Positions 31,392 through 40,080 of a DNA stretch of 64,000 bases are shown one piece after another. How positions within the stretch are numbered: position 1 is the first letter of the stretch; the number at the start of each line of letters is the position of its first letter. The notes below the pieces were generated by a model. That model searched no databases and was not told the origin of the DNA. It worked only from the letters and a program-made list of their open reading frames with translations. A program made the position numbers and the translations under genes. Source of the DNA: Candidatus Bathyarchaeota archaeon (GTDB taxonomy: Archaea > Thermoproteota > Bathyarchaeia > 40CM-2-53-6); assembly GCA_963706285.1 (NCBI GenBank), contig CAVPLU010000012.1, positions 32,001-96,000 of the forward strand. Direction: 5' to 3'.

Positions 31392-31940
31392 ATGCAAGTG
31401 TCAACCGACTCGACCGATCTGAAGATTCTCGCAGAACTAGTGGAGAATGCAAAATCATCGTTTGTTGACATTGGGAAGAAGCTCACTCTTCATCCCAACG
31501 TAGTTGCCTACAGAGTTAGCAAGCTGGAGCGACTAGGCATAATCAAGGACTACACAACCAGGCTCGATCTGGAGAAGCTTGGGCTCTCAGAACAGATCTT
31601 TGTTGCTGCGAGTTTGCCAGGCAATTCTGAGCGAGAACAAGTCCTTGAGAAGATCGCCTCGATGCCTCAGACCATCCAAGTCGTGAGCTCCTTAGGCGAA
31701 CCTGAAAGCATCCTGTTCTTGGTTGGCAAGAACAAAGCCGATGTCGACAAGACGATGTGGAAACTGAGAAACATGAACGTGAAGATCGAGTACACTGGCT
31801 CGATAGTACGCACGTACGACGAGGGAGGCCTATGCAACTTCCTGAAACTCCTCGCAAGAGAATTCGAGGAGTCAAGGGACCTCTCCAAGCAGCAACCCGT
31901 TTTGGAACAACAATGGGAAGGAGGGAAAGAAAGTGTTTAA
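31392..31940 (+). CDS. Lrp/AsnC family transcriptional regulator
   Basis: DLKILAEL.ENAK.S...IGKKL...RV.KLE..GIIK.Y HTH. Confidence 0.9.
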   Translation: MQVSTDSTDLKILAELVENAKSSFVDIGKKLTLHPNVVAYRVSKLERLGIIKDYTTRLDLEKLGLSEQIFVAASLPGNSEREQVLEKIASMPQTIQVVSSLGEPESILFLVGKNKADVDKTMWKLRNMNVKIEYTGSIVRTYDEGGLCNFLKLLAREFEESRDLSKQQPVLEQQWEGGKESV

Positions 31941-32541
31941 TGAAAAGAATTCGATGATGGGCAAATTCAAGGAAGCAATTCATCCCACGCCAATTCGTAG
32001 ACGCATCATGGATGCGCTTTTGAAGCTGAAGATGCAGCTTTCACGGCTGGACAGAACGGCTCAGAAGATGCAACAGCGTGACACCACATTGTACAACAAG
32101 TGTGTAACGGCGGTACAGCAGAAGAACGCTGAACTTGCTTCGATATATGCTAGTGAATGCGCGGAAATCCGCAAGATTGCAAAGGTCATCCTACACAGCC
32201 AACTCGCGTTGGAACAAGTGGCTCTAAGATTAGATCTAGTTCTCCAATTCGGCGAAGTCGCACAGACCATGAAACCCGTTGCTGCCGTCGTTAAGACCAT
32301 CAAGACACAGCTGCAAGGCATACTTCCAGAAGTATCCATGGAGCTTGCATCAGTAAACGAATCGCTCGAAGACCTAGCGTCACAAGTTGGCGACACCGCA
32401 GAGGAATCATTTGCCATACCGGTTTCCGGAGAAGACTCGCAGAAGATTCTGAGCGAAGCAAACGTCGTTGCAGAGCAGAAGATGCGCGAACGCTTCCCAG
32501 ACCTGCCCCCTGTTCCGCTGCAAGAAGCAAGAATCCAGTGA
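31933..32541 (+). CDS. ESCRT-III/Snf7 family protein (CdvB paralog)
   Basis: IYASECAEIRKIAK..QLALEQVALRL; FPDLPPVP tail. Confidence 0.9.
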   Translation: MFNEKNSMMGKFKEAIHPTPIRRRIMDALLKLKMQLSRLDRTAQKMQQRDTTLYNKCVTAVQQKNAELASIYASECAEIRKIAKVILHSQLALEQVALRLDLVLQFGEVAQTMKPVAAVVKTIKTQLQGILPEVSMELASVNESLEDLASQVGDTAEESFAIPVSGEDSQKILSEANVVAEQKMRERFPDLPPVPLQEARIQ

Positions 32542-32636
32542 GCTTAAACCGCTCCTGGATTCGCGTTCCCTTTTTTACGCGTTTTTCGAAAGCCATATAG
32601 CCTATTCATTCACGCTGCCCCACATTGTGGGGTCAG

Positions 32637-33050
32637 ATGAAGAATTTCTCTAGAACCCTCACGCTATCAACCAGGGAAAAATATCAACTCATAGATATCA
32701 CACAGGAAATCGAGGAGATCGTGTCGGAGTCTCAAGTTGCGGAAGGCCTGTGTTTGGTGCATGCTTCACATGCGACCGCAGCCATAATCTGCAATGAGCA
32801 TGAAAACGGACTAATGCATGACATCCTGAAAAAGGTCAAAGAACTCTTTCCTGCAAGTACGGGGTATCTTCATGACCGGATCGATGACAACGCATCTGGC
32901 CACATAGCTGCAGCGTTGATTGGGGCATCATGCACGTTCCCGATTGGCAAGAGCCGGCTCGTTCGCGGCACCTGGCAGAACATATTTCTGCTCGAATTGG
33001 ACGGTCCACGTTCCAGACGTGAAGTAACGATTCGTGTTATGGGCGAATGA
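32637..33050 (+). CDS. YjbQ family protein
   Basis: HATAAI..NE.E.GL, DNA.GHI, GTWQ.IFLLELDGPR. Confidence 0.92.
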   Translation: MKNFSRTLTLSTREKYQLIDITQEIEEIVSESQVAEGLCLVHASHATAAIICNEHENGLMHDILKKVKELFPASTGYLHDRIDDNASGHIAAALIGASCTFPIGKSRLVRGTWQNIFLLELDGPRSRREVTIRVMGE

Positions 33051-33271
33051 CCAAAGTCCAAGCCTACAGCCCCCGTTACCAGCAAACGACGCCCCTGCAG
33101 ATTCGCCGATTCCAAACGCGCCCTCTTCCCCAACGGCAGGATAACTGGATCCAAGTTGAAGTTGTGGCGCTGATATCACGACTTTGACATATCGCTTAAA
33201 GGTAGCCTCATCTCAAGTCGCGATCTGTGTCACATAGCCTGAGATCTTCACAGACCAGTAGCAAATGAAGA

Positions 33272-35200
33272 GTGAAGAAATTGTCGAGTAAGGGTGAGGA
33301 GCATGCACTCAAACGCGAGGTCGGATGGTACGGCTCCTTTGCAATGGGCTATGCTGACGTTGGAGCGGACCTCTACGTTGCGATAGGGCTAGTTGCATTC
33401 TATGCTGCAGGCGCCTCACCGATTGCCTTCGCCATCGCGTCCATAACGTATGTTTGCACTGGCCTGGCTTATGCAGAACTGGCGACGGCTTACCCATACG
33501 CTGGCGGGGCTCACGTCTACTCGATGAAAGCCTTCAACGACCTGATCGGGTTCATTGCTGGTTGGGCCGTCATGCTCGACTATACTGTTGACATTGCCTT
33601 GTTCTCCCTTGCAAGTGCCGGGTATTTGAGCTTCTTTTTCCCATCACTTCACGGACATTGGATCCTGGCAATTCTGGGACTCGACATCAGGATTTCAAAC
33701 ATCGGTCTCGTTGCGTTCGCAATGGTGATCGCGCTGCTTCTTCTCAACTCTGTAGGGATAAGGGAGTCCTCCGCCTTCAACGAGGTGCTCGTATCCCTTG
33801 ACATTGGCGTTGAATCGGTTATTCTTGTCGCGGGTATCTTGTTGGCTTTCAGCATGGCACTTTTTCTTAGCCAAGTTGTTGACTTTGGTGCGCCCTCTAC
33901 GTTCGCTCACATTGACTATGTTATGCCGAGCCTTGGGACTCAAACGCAGAATTTCATTTACGGCATCACGCTCGCTATGACCTCATTCATCGGTATCGAA
34001 TCCATTGCTCAAGCTGCCGAAGAAACCAAGAGACCGCAACGCTGGATTCCCCGAGCTAACAAGCTCTCAATAGTTTCTGTGGTGCTCTTCGCGGTTGGAC
34101 TATCGACACTGAGTATGAGCCTGATGCCGTGGCAGGACTTGGCAGCTTCACAGACGGACCCCATGGCCGCAATAGCTTCTAGGATTCCATACATCGGGCA
34201 CTTTCTCGGGCCCATTGTTGCCTTCACTGGATTCACCATCTGTTACGTGTCCACGAACACTGGCGTCATAGGTGCCTCTCGTGTGGTATTCTCAATGGGA
34301 AGATTCAATCTCATGCCGACATGGTTCTACAAGGTCCATGGGCGGTTCCGAACGCCCGTCCGTACAATCGCTGTCTTTGGTCTCATTGGCGCCACGATGG
34401 CACTCCTAGGTGAACTACGTTTCGTTGCTGACCTGTACAACTTTGGGGCCCTGCTTTCTTACGTGATTGTGAACATCTCGCTTATCGTTCTGAGAAACAA
34501 AGAACCTGATGCATATCGCGCGTGGAGACTCCCGGGCACCCTCAAGATTGAAGCTTTTGGTAGGAGAATCCTCGTCCCGGTGATCAGCGTTATCGGAGCA
34601 CTCTCGACTGGCGCGATGTGGTTACTCGTCGTCGGATTTCACGCCGAAGGCAGAATTGTGGGGACTATCTGGGTTGCAATTGGAGTGGTCGGCTTTATCG
34701 CGTTCAGGAGATCGCGCAAGATGAGCGTCTTTGGAAACGAGGTGGGAAAGACCATCGCCCCGGGGGCCTACATGATGAACGCAACCGTGCTCATTAGGAC
34801 TCCTGATGATGAGCGGGCAATCGTCGACGCTCTTAAGTATGAACTGGACAAGCGTTTTCGGATCCGTCTTCTGAACATCGTTGACCCGCGCGATTTTGGA
34901 TTGAGCACTGAAAACATACGTGACTACTCCCAACTCAAGATATGCCAGGCTATTTCACAGAAGGAATTGCGATTTGTTGCAAAGGAGCTTGGTTCGGAAG
35001 GATTTGAAGTCGTGTCACACGCCGAAATAGGATCGACACGGTCTATTGTGGAAAGAGAGATGGAGTCAGAAGACAACGATGTGGTTGTCCTCATCAAGAG
35101 AAAGACGTTAAAAGGCAATCTGGAAAAGAGAGAAGACACGGCGTATGCAGTAGCTTCAAAATACTCGGGGAAGCTTATGATCGTTAGGAGAGGTGATTAG
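33272..35200 (+). CDS. APC-family amino acid permease with C-terminal USP-like domain
   Basis: YAELA.AYP.AGG, F.GIESIAQAAEE.K.P, about 12 TMs, soluble C-terminal domain. Confidence 0.88.
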   Translation: MKKLSSKGEEHALKREVGWYGSFAMGYADVGADLYVAIGLVAFYAAGASPIAFAIASITYVCTGLAYAELATAYPYAGGAHVYSMKAFNDLIGFIAGWAVMLDYTVDIALFSLASAGYLSFFFPSLHGHWILAILGLDIRISNIGLVAFAMVIALLLLNSVGIRESSAFNEVLVSLDIGVESVILVAGILLAFSMALFLSQVVDFGAPSTFAHIDYVMPSLGTQTQNFIYGITLAMTSFIGIESIAQAAEETKRPQRWIPRANKLSIVSVVLFAVGLSTLSMSLMPWQDLAASQTDPMAAIASRIPYIGHFLGPIVAFTGFTICYVSTNTGVIGASRVVFSMGRFNLMPTWFYKVHGRFRTPVRTIAVFGLIGATMALLGELRFVADLYNFGALLSYVIVNISLIVLRNKEPDAYRAWRLPGTLKIEAFGRRILVPVISVIGALSTGAMWLLVVGFHAEGRIVGTIWVAIGVVGFIAFRRSRKMSVFGNEVGKTIAPGAYMMNATVLIRTPDDERAIVDALKYELDKRFRIRLLNIVDPRDFGLSTENIRDYSQLKICQAISQKELRFVAKELGSEGFEVVSHAEIGSTRSIVEREMESEDNDVVVLIKRKTLKGNLEKREDTAYAVASKYSGKLMIVRRGD

Positions 35201-35471
35201 CATGGCAGCAGGCGTCGTTGTGATACTGAACATTTTCGTGCAGTCAAAGGAGCTGGATAAGGTCACGAAGAAGTTGCTGGCGCTCGCCGAGGTCAAAGAC
35301 CTATACGAAGTCACAGGAGAGTGCGACCTAGTCGCCATAATCGAAACCAAGGACATCGCAGAATTCAGGACATTCATCAAAGACAGGGTACTCGCCATCG
35401 AAGGTATACGGAGCACAGTCTCATCGGTGATTCTTTTCACACACAAGAAAGAAGGCAAGGCTGTATCCTGA
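35193..35471 (+). CDS. stand-alone Lrp/AsnC ligand-binding domain protein
   Basis: EV.DLYEVTGECDLVA...IEGIRSTVSSVI. Confidence 0.88.
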   Translation: MISMAAGVVVILNIFVQSKELDKVTKKLLALAEVKDLYEVTGECDLVAIIETKDIAEFRTFIKDRVLAIEGIRSTVSSVILFTHKKEGKAVS

Positions 35472-35935
35472 TGCGGCAAAATACTCGGAAAAAGCCTCCG
35501 GTCAAGATACTCATCCCAATAGCAGACCGTGCAGACAGGCAGTTGATGACGAGAGCGCTGTACGCTCTATCTGCCTTTAAGGATCCCGAGATTGTTCTGT
35601 TTCACGTTGTCGAAATGCCCAGTCGCACCGTACCCATTGAGGTAGTGTCACACAAAGAAGAGATTGCGCTTGCTGACGAAATCCTTTCCCCGATTTCCGA
35701 ATGGCTCAAGGAACAAGACTACGCCACTCGCAAGAAAATCGTAATTGCTCGTGACGTTGCAGAAGCAATTGTCAGCGAAGCGAATGCTGATGACTATGTC
35801 TTTGTAGTTATGACAAAGCGCGAGCCAAAGAAAGGCGTTGGCGGTCTGTTTCACCGCAGTGTCAGCGAGCGCGTGATTAGGCAGGCCAAGTGTATGGTAT
35901 TGACGACATTAACGGCCGACTCAGGCGCGAAATGA
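35471..35935 (+). CDS. universal stress protein
   Basis: KILIPI, LFHVVE, VAEAIV.EA, SVSERVIRQAKC.VL. Confidence 0.85.
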   Translation: MRQNTRKKPPVKILIPIADRADRQLMTRALYALSAFKDPEIVLFHVVEMPSRTVPIEVVSHKEEIALADEILSPISEWLKEQDYATRKKIVIARDVAEAIVSEANADDYVFVVMTKREPKKGVGGLFHRSVSERVIRQAKCMVLTTLTADSGAK

Positions 35936-36106
35936 TAACGTATTCTCGGCGAAAACTAAATAGACGTGCGCAACCGTACACGCTGCCGTGAGGCGTTTGA
36001 GGGAACAGATTTGAAGTCGCTGGTTGTCGCGGGTGGCTCTGTTCCAGGGCCGTAAACCCGAGTTGCATTCTGACTCAAACGTTCCATCACATATGGTGTT
36101 CTGCAG

Positions 36107-37552
36107 TTGAGCAAAGAGATTGGAATCACTGTTACGAAGAAAGACGACCTCTCTGAGTGGTACACTCAGGTCGTCACGAAAGCGGGACTTGCTGACTACG
36201 CTAGCGTCAAAGGATTCATGGTTCTGATGCCCTATGGTTACTCGATATGGGAGAAGATCAAGGAATTTCTTGACAAGCGCCTCAAGACTATGGGCCATAG
36301 CAACGCCTACTTCCCGTTGCTGATTCCAGAGAGCTTTCTCAAGAAGGAGGCTGAGCATTTCTCGGGCTTCACACCTGAGGTTTTCTGGGTAACCTTAGCC
36401 GGGAACGACAAGCTCGGAGAACGACTAGCAGTCAGGCCGACTTCTGAAACTGTGATCTATGATTCATACGCGAAGTGGATCAGAAGCTGGAGAGATCTCC
36501 CGCTCTTGATCAATGTCTGGAACTCTGTTCTTCGAGCCGAGATCAAAATGACTAAACCGTTCATGCGGACCTCCGAGTTCCTGTGGCAGGAGGGGCACAC
36601 TGTTCACGCCGACAGACAGGATGCTGACAAAGAGGTCATGGCGATTCTTGAACTGTACAGACAACTTATCGAAGAACAGCTTGCGATCCCTGCGCTCACA
36701 GGATACAAGACTGACCGCGAGAAGTTCGTTGGTGCTCTCTACACGACGACCCTCGAATCTATGATGCCCGACGGGAAAGCTCTTCAGATGGGCACATCGC
36801 ACAATTTGGGACAAAACTTCTCCAAAGCTTTCGAGATCAAGTACCTTGGGAAAGACGAGCAGTCGCATTATGCGTGGAACACTTCGTGGGGGGTCTCATG
36901 GCGACTGATCGGTGCAGCTGTTATGCTTCACGGAGACGATCGTGGATTGATCATCCCGCCACGCATTGCACCGGTGCAAGTAGTCGTCGTACCAATTCCC
37001 TACAAGGGTGCTGAAGGAGTGGACGTTACGAGTCAAGCCAAATTGGTGGCAGTAAAGCTGCAGGAAGCTGGAATCAACCTCACCTTTGACGACCGTACGC
37101 AGTACACGCCTGGTTGGAAATTCCATGAGTGGGAGTTGAAAGGGGTCCCCCTGAGGATTGAGATTGGTCCTCGAGATATCAGCCGTCAACAGGTCACTAT
37201 GGTTCGGAGGGACACATCAGAACGGTCAGTCATTCCTGAGGCAGACGTGATCAATGAGACAAAAAGGTTGCTTGATGCGATTCAATTATCCCTGTTCGAG
37301 AAGGCAAGCCATTTGCTCAAGGAGGCCATCTATGACGTACGTACCTACGAGGACCTGAAACAGGTCATCGAGACCAAGGGCGGATTCGCTAGGGGCTGTT
37401 GGTGCACGGAGACCGCATGCGAAGACAAGATAAAGGACGAAACAGGCGCCACAATTCGTGTCGTTCCTATACAAGACGAGCAAGTCTTCTCTGGATGTGT
37501 CTGTTGTGGAAAGCCTGCCAAGAAGGTCGTCTACTTCGCTCGGGCATACTAA
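36107..37552 (+). CDS. proS: prolyl-tRNA synthetase
   Basis: LAVRPTSET, RTSEFLWQEGHT, QMGTSHNLGQNF, FARAY. Confidence 0.97.
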   Translation: MSKEIGITVTKKDDLSEWYTQVVTKAGLADYASVKGFMVLMPYGYSIWEKIKEFLDKRLKTMGHSNAYFPLLIPESFLKKEAEHFSGFTPEVFWVTLAGNDKLGERLAVRPTSETVIYDSYAKWIRSWRDLPLLINVWNSVLRAEIKMTKPFMRTSEFLWQEGHTVHADRQDADKEVMAILELYRQLIEEQLAIPALTGYKTDREKFVGALYTTTLESMMPDGKALQMGTSHNLGQNFSKAFEIKYLGKDEQSHYAWNTSWGVSWRLIGAAVMLHGDDRGLIIPPRIAPVQVVVVPIPYKGAEGVDVTSQAKLVAVKLQEAGINLTFDDRTQYTPGWKFHEWELKGVPLRIEIGPRDISRQQVTMVRRDTSERSVIPEADVINETKRLLDAIQLSLFEKASHLLKEAIYDVRTYEDLKQVIETKGGFARGCWCTETACEDKIKDETGATIRVVPIQDEQVFSGCVCCGKPAKKVVYFARAY

Positions 37553-37634
37553 GCAGCCATTAGGACGCCCGCCTTCTCGCGGGCACAACGTTTAAGCGAA
37601 CTTACCTAGATCTAGGTCGCAGCTGTGAATACGA

Positions 37635-37913
37635 ATGGGCAAGAAAAGGAAATCCGGAGGACGGAAGGGCGGCTCAAGAGGCAGCAGCACACTGGTCCAA
37701 TGCACCAACTGTGGCATGCAAGTGCCGCGCGACAAGGCAAAGCGAGTGACCAGCTTCGTCTCCTTGGTGGAGCCGTCCCTAGCACGAGAACTACGTTCTC
37801 ACGGGGCCTACATTGCTCGACAGAGAGTCTTCAAGTACTATTGCATCTCATGCGCTGTCCATTTCGGAGTCTCCAAGGTCAGATCACGTGACGAGAGACG
37901 CTCCACATACTGA
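37635..37913 (+). CDS. rps26e: 30S ribosomal protein eS26
   Basis: VQCTNCG..VPRDKAK, YCISCAVH. Confidence 0.95.
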   Translation: MGKKRKSGGRKGGSRGSSTLVQCTNCGMQVPRDKAKRVTSFVSLVEPSLARELRSHGAYIARQRVFKYYCISCAVHFGVSKVRSRDERRSTY

Positions 37914-38044
37914 GTGTCTTCGTGGCCAGACGCGTCTGCCCCTCAACGTTTGGACATCAGATGGGTCACGTTGCACTTCAAGAGCGCAAGTGCAAAACGC
38001 CAGAACCTAGGAGCGCTACGAACCTCCGCTGCATGTGAGCGCTC

Positions 38045-38659
38045 TTGTTAGGCAAGGCTTCTAAGTTAGTGGAACCTGTCTTTCGTTGGTTTGCACAGGC
38101 TCTTCACGAACTGGGTTTGAAGCCCAACCACATCACTGGCTTGTCTTTCTGTTGTAGCCTATTGGCCGCCTCTTCATTCGTGATAGTGACTGACCACATT
38201 CTCCGAGGAATCCTAGCAGCAATCTTCCTTTTGTTGTCCGGACTTTTTGATGCCACAGACGGATTGATGGCTAGGATCTACGGTGAGGAATCCCATTTTG
38301 GCGCGTTCTTTGATTCCGTGCTTGACCGCGTCTCTGAGATTGCTATCTATTGGACTGCGATATATTCAAGCCTAGTTGATTGGTCAATTGGTTTTATCGC
38401 TCTGTCAGGTTCGCTAATGGTAAGCTACTCCCGCGCACGTGCCGAGCAACTAGGTTCCGAAATGAAGGGCGTCGGCATCGCAGAGCGGCCAGAACGACTT
38501 CTCATCCTAGCAGCCTCGGCGTTTCTGAATCAACTGAACATAGGGGCACTTTTGATAGCCGTGCTTTCCATAGTAACACTCCTCCAGAGAATCGTCCACG
38601 CAAGCTCTACCCTGGTCGACACCCAAGATCGGAGTTATGAGCAAGAAGTAGCCGGCTAA
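38045..38659 (+). CDS. CDP-alcohol phosphatidyltransferase (archaetidylinositol phosphate synthase-like)
   Basis: DATDG.MAR.....S.FGAFFDSVLDR, SYSRARAE, ERPER. Confidence 0.92.
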   Translation: MLGKASKLVEPVFRWFAQALHELGLKPNHITGLSFCCSLLAASSFVIVTDHILRGILAAIFLLLSGLFDATDGLMARIYGEESHFGAFFDSVLDRVSEIAIYWTAIYSSLVDWSIGFIALSGSLMVSYSRARAEQLGSEMKGVGIAERPERLLILAASAFLNQLNIGALLIAVLSIVTLLQRIVHASSTLVDTQDRSYEQEVAG

Positions 38660-38727
38660 GGTCTAGTCGGGACTTATTCTCCGCTCCAAAGACTGCACCT
38701 GACGATCATGTTGACCCCGAGCGAGTG

Positions 38728-39999
38728 TCAGGGAAGTACCTTGAATGGAAAGAGCACGTAGAAGCCTCCAATCACGGCAGCGATGTAGAATAGCACAATA
38801 ATTCTTGGCGGTGCCTGGTCAACAATCATGCCCGCGACCGATGCAGCAACTGCTGGGACAGTGTTGAGGAAATAGAATATGTACATGATCCTATGCGCGA
38901 TCAATGCGGCCGGTATGAAAGTAAGGTATGTTATTGTGAACCATGCGAGCATGAACAACGAAAATTCGTTTCTTGTCTCATAGTAGCGATATAGGTTGTA
39001 CAACATGGCCGGAATAGTGAGAAAGACTATCGTTGGGTTCATTGCTCCGACGAAATCCACGCTCGGATATGTCCGGGCAACATTACCATCCGAATACACA
39101 GTAACATTCACGGTCGCATAGTGGATTTTCACTTCATTCAGGAGCCAATCCCAAGGGTAGCTCCAGATATCAGTCGGGCTACGCACGTCGGGAGCTCGGA
39201 GCGCAAAAGTGTAGCTGTAGATATGTGATAGATGCTCAAACGGGTTCTTGTAACCTGCCCAAAAGAAGTCAAGCAAGGCCATCAGCGCAATGAGCGATCC
39301 CACATACACGATGGCATATTTTTCGAAGACTGCTGCGAGACTCTGCCAGTCGACTTTCCTGCTTCTCGAGAGAAGTGCTTTCCCCAGGTGGAAAACGCCC
39401 AGAGTCACGGCTCCATATATTCCTGATATCTTGCAGAGTGTAGCCAACGCCATCCCGAATGCGCTGAGCTTCATTCTACCTGAGAAGTACCAATAGAACC
39501 CGAGCAGCATGAACCCTAAGACGAATATGTCCAAGGTCGCGATCCTACTATGAACAAAGACGAGAGTGTCGAAACTGAACAGAAATGTGCCCAATAGAGC
39601 GGTCATTGGGTTTCCTGAGACCTTCTTGAGAAGGAGGTATAGCACGAAAATTGAGAGAAGACCAAATACTACGCTTGGAAGTCGCCATCCCCACCCATTG
39701 TCTCCTATGATGCTCATTGAAAGAGCAATTAGGAGCTTCGCTAGGAGCGGATGCTCCTGGTTCACTGAATCAATCCCAGGTACGGCGTTTGCAAAAACGT
39801 TCGGTTGCTGAGGCAACCGGAGAATAATCCTCGCCACATTTACGTAGTACGTTTCGTCAAAAATCAACATCCCTGTGGGTTTGTCCAGCCAAATAAGTCT
39901 AAGGAAAGCACTAACAATGAAAAGATACATGAAGGCATGATCGTACAAGTTTTTCCTCGGGTGAAAATCAACCGCGAAAAGTCTTCTCAGGCTAGACAA
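38728..39999 (-). CDS. PMT/GT39-like membrane glycosyltransferase
   Basis: IFDETYY, EHPLLAKLLIA, GWRLPS, SRIATLDIF, S.PWDW. Confidence 0.85.
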   Translation of the reverse strand: MSSLRRLFAVDFHPRKNLYDHAFMYLFIVSAFLRLIWLDKPTGMLIFDETYYVNVARIILRLPQQPNVFANAVPGIDSVNQEHPLLAKLLIALSMSIIGDNGWGWRLPSVVFGLLSIFVLYLLLKKVSGNPMTALLGTFLFSFDTLVFVHSRIATLDIFVLGFMLLGFYWYFSGRMKLSAFGMALATLCKISGIYGAVTLGVFHLGKALLSRSRKVDWQSLAAVFEKYAIVYVGSLIALMALLDFFWAGYKNPFEHLSHIYSYTFALRAPDVRSPTDIWSYPWDWLLNEVKIHYATVNVTVYSDGNVARTYPSVDFVGAMNPTIVFLTIPAMLYNLYRYYETRNEFSLFMLAWFTITYLTFIPAALIAHRIMYIFYFLNTVPAVAASVAGMIVDQAPPRIIVLFYIAAVIGGFYVLFPFKVLP

Positions 40000-40080
40000 A
40001 CAGTCATCATTCCTTTCCGATTTGGGTTCTCCTAGGCGTTTCCCTTGCGGGTTCCAACCTGACGAAGACCATTCAGGTCA

